Counted from the first letter of the stretch, positions 1 through 12,881 are shown. The stretch: 64,000 nucleotides of DNA from Haliotis rufescens (GCF_023055435.1 NW_025964090.1:3224001-3288000), one strand, 5' to 3'. Translations and numbers: made by a program. The notes: generated from the sequence alone by a model not told the origin.

Positions 1-22
1 CCGTAGATTCTGTCACCATTGT
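1..22 (-). CDS. MTO1: MTO1 coding exon 5 (partial, runs off the window)
   Basis: ttgatag|AC AAT GGT GAC AGA ATC TAC GG gives DNGDRIYG in phase 1. This fits the segment expected after GVVL in MTO1, but only 22 nt are visible. Confidence 0.65.
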
Positions 23-32
23 CTATCAACAG

Positions 33-201
33 TGAGTGAATGAGTGAGTTTGGTTTTACGCCGCTTTTAGCAATATTCAAGCAATATCACAGCGGGGGAC
101 ACCAGAAATGGGCTTCACACATTGAACCCATGTCCGGATTCGAACCCGGGTCTTCGGCGTGACGAGCGAACGCTTAAACCACTAGGCTACCCGACCGCCC
201 C
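33..201 (-). mobile_element. tRNA-derived SINE, family A
   Basis: A/B boxes (TAGCCTAGTGG, GGTTCGAATCC), (ACTC)n tail, 12-bp TSD gtctatcaacag. Confidence 0.9.
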
Positions 202-602
202 GTCTATCAACAGAAGATTGTCCATTAAACTTTGAAGTGACCCCATGGGGTTCCCAGGTTAGGTTAGGTCCCAGAAACCCATGCTTGTCAAAAGAGGCAA
301 CTTGATAGATTGGTGGTCAGGCTCAGTGAGTTGGTTGTGTGTCATCGTACCCTGACAGTGTGGATTGTTGTTCATAATATCAATCACTGTACAGGGTGCC
401 ATCACATAGCTGGTAAATTCCTGAGTGCACCATTACACAAACAACTAGTGAGTGTGCATGCGTTTTAAGCCACAGTCAGCAATATTCCAGTCGTATTATA
501 ATAGCCTTGAAATATTCTAGGGTTGGACAGTGGTTGATAGCAAGAGCATCGATCCAGGTTGTCAGACCACAATGACACACTGTCAGGGTCACAAGTTACT
601 CT

Positions 603-893
603 GGAGCACGGGTGGCCCAGTGGTCTAAGGCACTGCAATTCGCTGTGCAGAGTTGCGTTCCTTGGGCACGCCGGAAACCTATGATTGTGGGTTCAAATCC
701 CGGTTCACCCTGATTATGTTTCTAAGTTTGTCAGCACCATACCCATGCTCGTGGGTTTCACCGAAGTGGTAAATGTCTGAGACCTGGCATCACTTCGGGC
801 TTTCCTCCCACATTAAGCTGACACGCCGTGATATAACTGGAATACTGTCAAAAACGGCGTTAAACCCAACTCACTCACTCACTCACTCACTCA
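603..893 (+). mobile_element. SINE family B (widely spaced A and B boxes, (ACTC)n tail)
   Basis: A box TGGCCCAGTGG, B box GGTTCAAATCC, GCTTTCCTCCCAC core. Repeated many times in the window. Confidence 0.85.
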
Positions 894-1131
894 TTGATCC
901 TCATTCGTCGGCTTCCATGTCTTCATAATATGGTAAAAAATTCATGAGTGATATTCATGACTGCTGATATAGCATAAAAATATGTTCATAATACAGTAAA
1001 CTGGGTAAGTCAGGTTTTGCCCTGTTTTGAGGAATATTCCAGTATTATCAGGGTACCTTTCGTATGGCAACTGAAGGCATTGATGGACTGAACTTGAGAT
1101 TAAACAAACTCCAACACACCATGAAGATCAG

Positions 1132-1237
1132 GGCCCAGTCCTACCAAGTGATTGTACAAAACAAATGTCGTAAGTCTATGATAAAGTATGGGAGTTACGA
1201 TCGTCTTTGTGCTAAGATCGCTTTGTAGAACGGGACC
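1132..1237. mobile_element. Small MITE, PIF/Harbinger-like
   Basis: Imperfect TIRs ggcccagtcctac / gtagaacgggacc, flanked by CAG. Confidence 0.45.
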
Positions 1238-1479
1238 CAGAGCGTTATATCTGCAATAACATACTAAGTTTAATCATATAACATCCTATTGCATAACATA
1301 ATGTGATGAATGTTTTTGTTTATTTGTTGTTTAAAGGTGCACTGAGTAATATTTTCAAGCTATATGACGACAGCCTGTAAATAACCGAGTCTGGACCAGA
1401 CAAACTAGTGATTCCAATTATGAGTACTGTGCAACACTGTCGGGTATGATGTTATACAGCCAAGTCACCGAGCTTGCAA

Positions 1480-2403
1480 TTGACCCATCCACTCCGGTAA
1501 GTCGCCTCTTACAAGCCAATGTTGCTGCAGACCTAACTTTTCGGAGTGGCACATGTACCGAGCCTGACCCATCCACTCCGGTAAGTTGCCTCTTACAAGC
1601 CAAAGTTGCTGCAGACCTAACTTTATGGGAGTGGCACATGTACCATGACTGACCCATCCACTCCGGTAAGTTGCCTCTTACAAGCCAAGGTTGCTGCAGA
1701 CCTAACTTTATCGGAGTGGCACATGTACCCTGTCTGACCCATCCACTCCGGTAAGTCGCCTCTTACAAGCTAAGGTTGCTGCAGACCTAACTTATGGGAG
1801 TGGTACTTGTACCGTGTCTGACCCATCCACTCCGGTAAGTCGCCTCTTACAAGCCAAGGTTGCTGCAGACCTAACTTATGGGAGTGGTACTTGTACCGAG
1901 CCTGACCCATCCACTCCGGTAAGTCACCCCTAACAAACCAAGGTTGATGCAGACCTAACTTTATGGGAGTGGCACATGTACCGTGTCTGACCCATCCACT
2001 CCGGTAAGTTGCCTCTTACAAGCCAAGGTTGCTGCAGACCTAACTTTATCGGAGTGGCACATGTACCCTGTCTGACCCATCCACTCCGGTAAGTCGCCTC
2101 TTACAAGCTAAGGTTGCTGCAGACCTAACTTATGGGAGTGGTACTTGTACCGTGTCTGACCCATCCACTCCGGTAAGTCGCCTCTTACAAGCCAAGGTTG
2201 CTGCAGACCTAACTTATGGGAGTGGTACTTGTACCGAGCCTGACCCATCCACTCCGGTAAGTCACCTCTAACAAACCAAGGTTGATGCAGACCTAACTTA
2301 ATGGGAGTGGTACTTGTACCGAGCCTGACCCATCCACTCCGGTAAGTCACCTCTAACAAACCAAGGTTGATGCAGACCTAACTTAATGGGAGTGGCACAT
2401 GTA
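1480..2403. repeat. ~84-bp minisatellite, about 11 copies, derived from a SINE family C-like head
   Basis: Unit gacccatccactccggtaagtcgcctcttacaagccaaggttgctgcagacctaac...; contiguous with a family C body at about 1320-1480. Confidence 0.9.
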
Positions 2404-2515
2404 GGTTATCTAAGCAGATGATGCCGTTCAGGGAAACGGATATACACAGGGACGTGCTTCATTTTTTTAATGTAATGTAACACTTTCCCACTGATTGATA
2501 TGATATGAGTGAGTG

Positions 2516-3075
2516 CAATCTCATAAAAATCAGATTTTTGTGCTCACTACCGCTACACTCTGCTGACATGACCTGTATTGGGATGTCCTCAGGTTGAAGA
2601 CCAATACAGGTCATGTCAGGACAACCTTTTGACCGACCAATGAAATGACAAATAGAAAGTTAACATTCGCCAATCAGAAAGCAGGTTTTTTTTAGCTAAA
2701 CAGCACTGGTTTCAAACTGGTGTCTTCTATTCCTACTACACTTTGAAAAACATTTTGATAAAGTTCACGATTTAAAATTTGAAATCAGAACAAAATAAAA
2801 TTTGTCTGATAGATGTCTGAGATTGTACGGTAGTACTTCCGGGGGGATATGGAAAGTCTCTTCCGATGTCTAACATAAGTAATTAGTCATACTTTTGTTC
2901 GGTTGTTCGGAATGCTCGATGTTAACCTTTTCAAAACAAATTCAGTCTCTCACGATCCTGCAAGCAATGCTGTGATTGGTTGGATGAAAGGTTGTTCTGC
3001 CGTGACCTGTAATAAGATGTCCTCAGATTTTAGTGTAGCGCCAGTGAGCTCTAAGATCTGATTATTATGAGATTG
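2516..3075. mobile_element. MITE with long TIRs and ~10-bp TSD (MULE-like)
   Basis: TIRs caatctcataa.aatcagat...gctcact...cgctacact, flanked by tgagtgagtg on both sides. Internal 19-bp perfect hairpin at 2563-2619. Confidence 0.7.
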
Positions 3076-3212
3076 TGAGTGAGTGTTTTGAAACCGCTTT
3101 AAGACAGAATTCAGTTTCCATCATTGTACTTGAACCCAGGAATTTGGCGTGATGAGCGACCCCTTCAACCACTAGGCTACCTCAACAGCGCTGTTGTTTG
3201 ATATGACTGTAC

Positions 3213-3375
3213 CTAGAACAACTCCTTGACATCGCTGTTTTGTGACATCACTTCCTGTATTGGTGAGTATGAGATCTTCTACAGGAGCTGCTAGGACAGT
3301 TAGATTGTCGGTGTTGTTGATCTCAGTTTGTATATGTTGTTTGTACAGTTCTCTGTCTATCTGTGCTCTTGGGCC
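3213..3375 (-). CDS. MTO1: MTO1 coding exon 4
   Basis: GPRAQIDRELYKQHIQTEINNTDNLTVLAAPVEDL...CQGVVL continues GidA (RAQxDR). Phase 0/1. Confidence 0.94.
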
Positions 3376-3793
3376 CTGTAAGATAAAACCCATTGTAATT
3401 GCTGTTAAAATGATTTATCAGCATCTTAAAAGGTTCAACATTTTGGCAATTTACAAATCTATAAAGCTATGTAGAAATTTTCCAGAAGCATGGTACAGAT
3501 ATACTATATATACTGCTCAAAAGAAGTAAAGGACCACTCAATTCTTTCACATTACCATAGTTAATCGGTCATGAAAAGACATCGGGTGGTCCTTGTAGAG
3601 ATCATTTGGTCACATGCATTTCCATATTGCAAATATATATTAGGAATACAGGCGAGTTATAATATATTTTTCATATTATGTAATTCTTAAAATAAATGTA
3701 TGTTTAAAAATAAGATGTAATTTCACTCATAGCAGCAACTCTAGAAACCGCGTATGAATACACGTTTGAGTTAATCGCCGAATTTATCATATA

Positions 3794-4132
3794 CCGTATT
3801 CAACGTAATAAGTGCCCAGTGCGCTCTCAAAATTAGAAATAGGGGGCTCTAATTAGAATATTATTTTGGTGGAAAAAAAACAGAGTTGAAAGATCACAAA
3901 TTTCATGGTTTATGCTGACAGCCTGAAATGTTTACACACGATAGATATATTTTTCCAGAGTTTAATTGCCTATAATTAAGGGTGCATATAACACGTATTA
4001 TACATGATAATAAGTCTTATGTACATTGATCAATCAGAAGAAGTGTTAATTGGGATTGTTCACTAGCCAATATATTAGCAAATATCACCGTGGGTGCTTA
4101 TTAGAGCGGGGCGCTTATTACGTCGAATACGG
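3794..4132. mobile_element. MITE with TA TSD (Tc1/pogo-type)
   Basis: TIRs ccgtattcaacgtaataagtgccc / gggcgcttattacgtcgaatacgg flanked by TA. Confidence 0.75.
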
Positions 4133-5333
4133 TAGTACCAAATGATTTACACCCATTTTCGTCTACAGAAACACGGCAACACATTGGGTAATTCCTATCT
4201 AAGTATTTGGGGAATGATAATGTACAGTTTATTGAGAGAGGAGGGCATTGCACTGATGCATGGAGCTTGAAAGTAGTTCCTGGTGGGCAGGGGGCACGAC
4301 ACTCTCCTACCCAGAGTTCCATGCGGCCGGCAGCCAGCCAGCATAGTACCTCTGCCACAGGCCAGCGCCATGTGACGATTCGTCACATCTTTCACAGTCC
4401 ATTCAAGATATTGAATATGCTTTTCATCCGTTTCATGTTTGACAAGTCTACACATTTTTATAAACAAATGTCAAAGAATCGTTACGGTTCATTAAGAAAG
4501 TATCCTCATACGTGAACATCTACTTGTTTTTGCTTAGTTATCCTTTATTTACACTGGTTGTTCGGCTCCACGTGCTGTCATTGAAGCCCAACGGAGAGCT
4601 AGCGATACGGTCACTTTGATGCGTAAATATGTAGTTCATGCAACTCACTGTTGCAGTTGTAGTAGCATATTTATAAAACTATGCGAACCAATATTCAAAT
4701 TGCCCTAAAATTACTTGCATAATCTGTTCTATTCTGATTTCTGAAAAAGCGTGTTTGTTTACAAACAAGAGAAAAGGCTGGTAACGTGATATGCAAATTA
4801 GCCTGTGGCAGTGGTGTTATGCTGAGTCACCACTGCGCCGGAGTGTGGGGTCACGAGTAACCCAGTGGTCAAAAGACCTGCAATTTGCTGAGCAGAGTTG
4901 CGTCCCTTGAGCAGGCCAGAAGTGATCGTGGATTTTGAATCCTGCTTCACCCCATTTATGTTTCTAGGTTTGTCAGCAAACTTGGTGCTTGTGGGTTTCA
5001 CCAAATTAGTAAACATATAAGACATGCATCACTTCAGGCTTTTCTCCCAAAATAAGCTGACATGCCATGATGTAACCAGAATACTGTTAAAAGCACTGTA
5101 AACCAAACTCACTCACCTCATATGCATCATAATACCAAGTTTATTGTATTGGTTTATCGCATCAATAAAACTAGTCATGACCTGTGATATAAATCTGTAT
5201 TTTTTACTTATCTTAATACACGTACAATCAGAATCAGGTGGTGATGCTGAAAAGTAAGTAATTTATCATGGGCTTATTGTTTAAATTTTTGTTTTTGATA
5301 TTACATAGCTGGTTGCCAGGAAACTGTCCTTAC

Positions 5334-5389
5334 CCACACAGCTGGTCCCTTTCGCTTGTTAAGAACTTTGTATTGCACACCAGATTTAT
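5334..5389 (-). CDS. MTO1: MTO1 coding exon 3
   Basis: DKSGVQYKVLNKRKGPAVW (GidA LNxxKGPAV motif). tttcag acceptor, gtaagg donor, phase 1/0. Confidence 0.94.
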
Positions 5390-6371
5390 CTGAAACAAAC
5401 AAAGAAGAACAGGTTACAATGGTGAAAATATCTTAATTTTTTGCGTATCTCCTTGATTCCGGCCGGCATGTTCAGTGAACCTGACGTGACAGTAAACTCA
5501 AACATGCCCAGAAAATATCTTTATTAATGTGAGCAAGGGCCACATTTGCGCATTAATTTCATGATCTACAGTATTAGTTATGTTGAGGACGAACACACTT
5601 ACAAGCGAACATGGTGGTACATCAGGCCTACACTACATTCAGGGTTTTACACGACACACAAATATGCGTCGAGAACACACAAATGTATAGAATGGACGCA
5701 GGAAAAAAATATACTGCGTCCCGAAGAGCGCACAATAATATTCATTGTATCTACAGCACATCAACAGCAGTGATGGGTGTCTGTTATTTCATCCATCAAT
5801 AAAGACCACCGTCCACATGATCATTGATTCATTTCAGGCTCTGAGGCTAAAAAAAATCTTGGTTCTCAGGCACCACCCACATCATCATAAAGTTTGCGCC
5901 ATGTTTCATTTTTATTTCCATATTTAAAAAAATATCAAAAAATCCTTTAGTCAAATACTGTATACCAGTGTTTCACTCTTCAAGGAATACATTTATGTAG
6001 GGAGGCCCTTTCCCTGAGTGATAGTACACAATTGTTTATCTGGTTACACAACTGTTTATTTGGTTACATACCAGTTTAAATAACAACAACAACAAAATTT
6101 AAAATGACATCGCCGGCCCACACTATATTTTCAAAAAACATTGCCTGAGAACCAATTCATTTATTTTTTTAAGTCTAAAGTAATTATCAAGATGTACAGT
6201 ACACTACACCACAACATTACTTTACAGGACTCCATATTGCCTGCAAGGACCCTCAGATTGCCTGCAAGGACCCTTAAAAGTAGTTCTTGGGGATTTCCCG
6301 GACACCTAGTTTTGTAAGTCAAAACCCTGTACATTTATAGCAAAATTCATGATATAGTTCATGTAACATAC

Positions 6372-6467
6372 CACATATCCTGGCACAGACTCCGTCTAAA
6401 GCATCGATCTCTCTCATTAGATGCCCTTTACCGATACCACCGAATGAGGGGTTACACGACATAGCTC
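6372..6467 (-). CDS. MTO1: MTO1 coding exon 2
   Basis: [32 protein letters not shown], the hallmark GidA motif. AG/GT boundaries, 96 bp, phase 1/1. Confidence 0.96.
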
Positions 6468-6596
6468 CTGAAAAACACAAAGTCTTGAAACAGATTAAGT
6501 GAGTGGGTGAGTGTGCTTTCACGCCGCTTCAACCAACATTTCAGGTATATCACAGCACATCAGCTTGATGTGGGTGGCAAGTCCATGCAGGTCTTA

Positions 6597-6904
6597 GGCC
6601 TTTCCCTCTTTGATGATATGTATCGTAGACCTTTCCCTCTTTGATGATATGTATCGTAGACCTTTCCCTCTTTGATGATATGTATCATAGACCTTTCCCT
6701 CTTTGATGATATGTGTCATAGACCTTTCTCTCTTTGATGATATGTATCGTAGACCCTTCCCACTTTGATGATATGTGTCATAGACCTTTCCCTCTTTGAT
6801 GATATGTATCATAGACCTTTCCCTCTTTGATGATATGTGTCATATACCTTTCCCTCTTTGATGATATGTATCATATAGCTTTCCCTCTTTGATGATATGT
6901 ATCA
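6597..6904. repeat. 31-bp minisatellite, about 10 copies
   Basis: Unit gacctttccctctttgatgatatgtatc(g/a)ta. Confidence 0.93.
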
Positions 6905-7587
6905 GCCCTGGTATGATGCTGACAAACCTAGAACCATAATCCAGGTGAGTGAGTGAGTGAGTGAGTGAGTGAGTGAGTGAGTGAGTTGGGTTTAACCTCG
7001 CTTTGAACATTATTGCAGTAACATCACGTCGGGTTAGTTAGTGTGAGAGGAAAGCCCGAAGTGATGCAGGTCTTAGACATTTACCACTTTGGTGAAACCC
7101 ACGAGCATGGGTATGATGCCGACAGACCTAGAAAAATAATCTGGGTACAACAGGATTTCGAACCCATGATGTTTGTGTCATGCCTAAAGGATGCAACTCT
7201 GCCCTAAGAGAGTGCCATGTGAGACAGAATAACTACATCTGCACCAGGTTTCTCAAAGTGATCTGAGCGAGCCAATATTTGCTTTGTTTGATTGTTTGTT
7301 GATGAACGCTGCAGTCAGTAACATTCCAGCTATATAATATGACGGCGGTCTGTAAACAATCAAGTCTGGACCAGACAATCTAAGTGATTGACATCATGAG
7401 CATCGATCTACGCAATTGGGATATGATGACATGCATCAACCAAGTCAGCGAGTCTGACCACCCAATCCCGTTGGTCGCCTCTTACGACAAGCACAGTTGC
7501 CTCTTACAGCAAGAATGGTTTGCTGAAGACCTATTCTCTACCCGGCTATTCACGGGTCCCAATGTTTGAAGATGTACATAAAATCAG

Positions 7588-7755
7588 TTGAGGTGAGGTT
7601 ATGGTGTGAGGTGAGGATGTGGGGTGAGGTGAGGTTGTGGTATGAGGTGAGGTGAGGTGAGGTGGGTGAGGTTGAGGTGAGGTTTTGGTGTGAGATGAGG
7701 TGAGGTTGGAGGTGAGGTGAGGTTGTGGGTGTGGTGGGGTGGTGTGAGGTGGAGT
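7588..7755. repeat. Degenerate (GTGAG)n microsatellite
   Basis: Runs of gtgaggtgag. Confidence 0.9.
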
Positions 7756-7961
7756 GAGCAACTTATATCTTGGTGGGTTAACACCAGAAATGTGTTTCAC
7801 ACATTGTGCCCATGTGGGGAATCAAACCCTGGTCTTTGGCAGGATGAACCAGCATGTACCTACTGGACTACTCAACTAGCCTCTAACCCAGTAGTGTTCT
7901 GAGCAAACAGAATCAGATTGAACCTAATGTTGATCATGTCTGATCTCTATGCCAAGTTTAC

Positions 7962-8163
7962 CTATAGTTTCCAGTTTGTGTGTAACAAGCAGCGTGTCAG
8001 CGCCCATCCTTGCCGCAGCACATGCTGCTTCTGTCCCAGCATGCCCTGCTCCAACAACGATGACATCATATCCTGGTCGACCCTGGTGAGACAGTGCTCT
8101 ACATGTTTGTCTTGAAAGAAGCTTCCTTAACTGTTGCATACTTTTCAAACTTGTGAGATTCAT
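7962..8163 (-). CDS. MTO1: MTO1 (mitochondrial tRNA modification protein, GidA/MnmG family), first coding exon
   Basis: [25 protein letters not shown] (basic, transit-peptide-like) followed by [37 protein letters not shown], the FAD-binding N-terminus of GidA/MTO1. GT donor at 7961 (phase 1). An acceptor-like tttccag lies just upstream of the ATG. Confidence 0.93.
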
Positions 8164-8278
8164 TTTCCTGCTGGAAACAATAGTGAATGTATTAATACAA
8201 GCCCTATAGTACCTCTCCCAGTAGCCGGATTTCAACATGAAACCAAAACAGGGATTTATCTGACCCTACTGAAACAAA

Positions 8279-8656
8279 GCAAGGGAGTTAACTGACTTTA
8301 AAAGTCCAGTTTCCACCCTTGCCGAACTAGGGTTTCCTGGGCTCTATTGTAGCACCACCAGTGGCTATTATGAGTCATGTCCCTTCTTAGCCTCTCCCAT
8401 GGACCATTCAGATTCCACCTCTCGTAGCACTTGCATTAAAATATTGTTGACAGCGAGTTGGTGGTGTACATGCTTTGCAAATCCTGCAATCGACCGAAAT
8501 CTATGTGAGAGTTTACTGACAGGATTTCAATTTTGTTGTGCGATTTTGATTGGACTATGCATAGACTCGTCAGTCCTGCCAAAATGTAACTCCATAATAC
8601 CTGCCTAGTTCGTCAAGGTTGGAAACTGGACTTTTATAGTCAGTCAACTCCCTTGC
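8279..8656. mobile_element. Long-TIR MITE-like element; a deleted relative lies at about 39797-39881
   Basis: ~50-bp inverted repeats gcaagggagttaactgact...gaactagg / cctagttc...caactcccttgc. Confidence 0.7.
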
Positions 8657-9469
8657 CTGGGGAAGATGGCTCAGAGGCTGGTAATGAGCCCTAGGACTGC
8701 AGCAAATGTCAGAAAAACTCCCAGATTGGAATCATAAATTTCCCAGTTCATGTTCATATAGTTATATAGAGATTCTCACCCAAGTGTCTTTTGTTAATTA
8801 ACATATCAACAAGTGTTGATATATTTGATATCAAAAGACACTCGGGTGAGATTTTATTCATCATCCAACATCATTCTTCCAGTTTTTTCAGTTTGTAGAC
8901 AGTAATAAGCAGTGTCTTAAATGTAAAAAGTACTGCTAACAGCTTCAGGAGTGGAGCCATTAGTGATGTCACATGGCTGCATTAAATTCAATTATAAATA
9001 GGATGTTAAAATACCAACTTCAATAAAAGACAGTAACAAAATAACAGTATATTTCCCAGTGTGCCTACCAAGGGCACTTCGTTTGGAGATTCTTGATAAA
9101 TGCCTGCCTGTCTTATACATGATATAGATGCCGACCTTTCAGTATGCTTTACATATTATTTTGCATAATTATAAAGACACACTTGAGACAGTGATGAGGT
9201 GCATGGCAATGTAGCTTTACACATCAAAGTGACTGTATAACTAGCTTTCTGTAGGGCTTCGATGACAGCATGTTGAGGATGAAGATGCAAATGGAAATTG
9301 ATTATCACCAGAGACCATAAAATAGATCTATCTTATGGTGTCTGTTTTCATATTTTGGGATATTTGCTGAATGCAAGTTATGTCTATGTATATGTGTTTA
9401 CTCATTCAAAATGAAACAAATGAAAAACACATGTTGTAATGTGACAGAGGTACTAGGCTGGCCACAAGG

Positions 9470-9810
9470 AGGTGAGGTGAAATGGGGTTTAACGTCGCGT
9501 CCAAGATTATTGCACTTATATAGCGACATGCATGCACGTGTATGTGTGTGTGTTGCTGCTTGTACTAGTCCGGACTGATGCCGATTTATAGTGCTAGCAC
9601 ACTGAGATACCACGCCGCAGTTTAACATGAATACCCCACTCAGACTCCGAGCCGACCAGTCCTTGTTTTAGCCCCTTAATGCCGAGTGCCATACTGGGTA
9701 ACAACAAGTACCATCTATTAACGTCTTTTGGTATGACGCAGCTTGGGATCGAACCCCGGACCTTCCGCTCTCTGGGCGGACGCTCTACCACTAGACAACG
9801 GAGGCGGTCC
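9470..9810 (-). mobile_element. tRNA-derived SINE, family D (MetaSINE-like central domain)
   Basis: tRNA head with A/B boxes, then GGTACTTGTTG...GCATTAAGGG...GACTGGTCGGCTCGGA...GCTAGCACTATAAA. Other copies at 14970-15210 (+) and about 41800-42090 (-). Confidence 0.8.
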
Positions 9811-10433
9811 TGGCCACAAGGAACACTGGCTGGAGAGTGATTGGCTTCATTCAACCGAGGCATATATGTATTGTAATCGCTGTGCAGAGCTCTGTTGTTT
9901 TGGTTTGAGAATTGAACTGGACAATTTACTCTTTGCACGAAGACGCGAATGTCTAATAAAACCTCAAAATTCACTATGAGGAAGTTTATCTCAAGACACA
10001 TAAGAAAGAAATACGTCAGAAGTGCAAACATGTCCCTACATCTCACATTCCACGACCGTACATGATCACCACAATTAAGTATTGAGTTTGTGTTATCGGC
10101 ATTTCTATGAACGAAAACCGGACAGTTCACACATTGAATTTTATTCGAAAATCTCCTTTGTGTTGGACATGTCAATCATCTCAAAACCTCATCAATGTCG
10201 CGACAGTGTGTAACTTATTGTATGCAGCCAATGTGTATGTCTGTGACCTTCACCTCGTTTTCTCGCCGTTGTCTGTTGTGTTCAGGTGCCCATGCTGTCA
10301 AAAACATCAACGCAGCGGTAAGAGAACGATGTTTTGATTGGACAATCATTTCGGGGATTTCCGTTTTTAAACCAATCATATGTGACGTGACAATGATATT
10401 TATTTGCAAGTGTCTAAACCGGCTGTGTCTATT

Positions 10434-10740
10434 CGCACGATATCGTGTACATAAGGAGTACATATTCCACAATGTACACGATATCGTGTAAATAACAGAC
10501 AATTTCTCCCAATATGCACGATATCGTGTAAATAACAGACAATTTCTCGTAATATGCACGATATCGTGTAAATAACAGACAATTTCTCACAATATGCACG
10601 ACATCGTGTAAATAACAGACAATTTCTCACAATATGCACGACATCGTGTAAATAACAGAACTTTAACACGATATATCGTGTAAATAATGAAACATTTACC
10701 ATAATATGCTCGAAATCGTGGGAATAACAGCACACGATAC
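10434..10740. repeat. 40-bp minisatellite with palindromic core CACGATATCGTG
   Basis: Units start at 10471, 10511, 10551, 10591 and 10631. Confidence 0.9.
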
Positions 10741-10974
10741 TCACACGTTATGTTATCACGGGTTATATTATTTGATCTATCAGCAGCGATTACGAACATT
10801 ATATACAAGTACATGTTATCATTGTGGGGGGGGGGGGGGGGGGGGGGTGTGGAGCTCTACCAGCATTCCATGCGGTCATGGTTGTGGACCGGGAACATAT
10901 TTATCACACAACCAGATTTGTTGCAACCAACAGAAGAAACTGGTGCCTTCAACATGAAAGAGACAGACTCACTT

Positions 10975-11385
10975 GTCATCAAAGTGTACAATCCAGCATC
11001 GACTGCAACTAGCATTAATACACTTACAGCTGACATGTTCCACAGAGTTTGAGACCTAGAGGAACTCCAACCACACAACCTCTACTCAGATGTCAGCACC
11101 AGTGCATCACGTGGTGTTCTGCCCACAAAAGAGGGTCTGACATTCCACCACCAAAAGGATATAGGTGGACGTCTACAGGCGATGTCATAGAACCCATTCC
11201 AATGACTCAGAAACGAATGCCAGCACTGTGTCTAGAATTGCTCACATGTAAATGCACAACAGGTAGATGCTCCTCATTCAGGTGTAGCTGCGCCGAGAAC
11301 ATCATGGGATGTTCCTTTGGATGCAGTTGTGCTATGTCATGCCTAAACAGAAACAACTTACCTACCTCTCCAGATGACTCGGTGA
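10975..11385 (+). pseudogene. Relic of a transposon-type ORF C-terminus with Cys-rich CXC-like domain
   Basis: QCITW...PPPKGYRW...LLTCKCTTGRCSSFRCSCAENIMGCSFGCSC. Frameshifted upstream. This pattern is common in invertebrate DNA-transposon proteins annotated as tesmin/TSO1-like CXC. Confidence 0.55.
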
Positions 11386-12881
11386 CTAGAGATGACATTA
11401 TTTCACATTTTATTTTTAATACTTCATAATACTACAAGTATTCTCATGTTTGCTTCTTCACTCAAATTATATACTAGTGAAATGCTCAAACAAAAGTGCA
11501 GTATATCTACAATTTTGAGTGAAATTAGTTTTCAATATTTCCTTTTTTCATTATTGGGGATCAATTTACCACAGGAGTCAGTGAATAGTGTACATCATTG
11601 CAAAGACAATGTGAAAAGCTTTCATATGATATATTACATGACCATGTTGAAGAACTATATAAGATCTTGATTTTGAAAACAGGTCAAAATGGCGGCCATC
11701 TTGAAATTCAAGATGGCCACCATAAATGCTCACAGAAAAACTTGAAACATCATTTTTCTTTATGAGTTTACTATTTTGGTGTTTTTAAGCATTGTTGCAA
11801 TTATCCCACTCATCCACTACAGCAACATCATCTACCACCATATCTCAATAAGCAATTTTCGTCAAAATTGGTTTTTGGGGGGTGGGGTAACATTGTATAC
11901 AATATCTCAACCCCTATGTAATATATTTTCATTTTGTTTTTTGTATAGGATAGTACAATGGTTAAGGCAGATTTTAATACCCAGTTACAGTGGTTTTATT
12001 GTCACAATTCAATGGAATTAGTGTTTTACCTACTCACAAGATTTGAAAATGAAGTAAATAAACATGATTTTTACCAATGTTTCCACTGAGAATTAGAATA
12101 ACAGTAAAATGAAACAAAATGTTTGCCAAATTCAGATAACCGAACATATTACCTGTAATCAAAGACATAATTTGGATAGTTTAATGACTTAATAAAAATG
12201 TTACAGCCAATTTTGTCAAATTATGCATTTTTCTTAGTCTAACCAGGATCTTCACGGGTCTGATCCAATTTCGTCACATCACAACCAGCAATGGAGGGTT
12301 AGGAAACAAAACTGTCCCCGAAAATTCTTGGCAAGTAAAATTATGCTTCCGACATTGTTGAAAGGTGTTTCTCTTTTTAAAATAAGAAAGTTTCATAGTC
12401 TTAAATTTAAATCATATCTGGTTTGGTAGCTGTAGCTGAAAAAATATCTATGCTTAACACAAAATCACACCCCACCCAAACCATCCCCACCCCCGCCGTG
12501 ATATTGCTTGAATATTGCTAAAAGCGGCGTAAAGCCATACTCACTCACTCACTAAACCCACTTAATTTGCTTAACGAGCCAACAGATCAGTATATTAATA
12601 ACGTGAACGGTTCAATAACGGTAACTACAGAAAGACTCCTATAAACAGGGTTATCTAAAGACATCTAATGGAAAACTATAGTATGGCGCTTTTAGGAGTG
12701 GACGAAGGTATGTGCGTCTTTATATAAGCTTAGTCTAAGCGCACACGCACTATATGTCCTTCAAACAAACCAAAGATAAACAGCTGACGTTTTGCTTAGG
12801 GATGTATGTCAGGTCAAAAACAGTCACTTGAACCATTACACTCACTCCACATAAACATTGGAGACAGGGTGCTACAGCAAC

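Noticed and set aside
1480-10740. CRISPR-like arrays in the 84-, 31- and 40-bp repeats
   Set aside because: No unique spacers, no cas genes, eukaryotic context.
10825-10847. Poly-G run and the Gly-rich ORFs crossing it
   Set aside because: Simple homopolymer at a repeat junction with no coding evidence.
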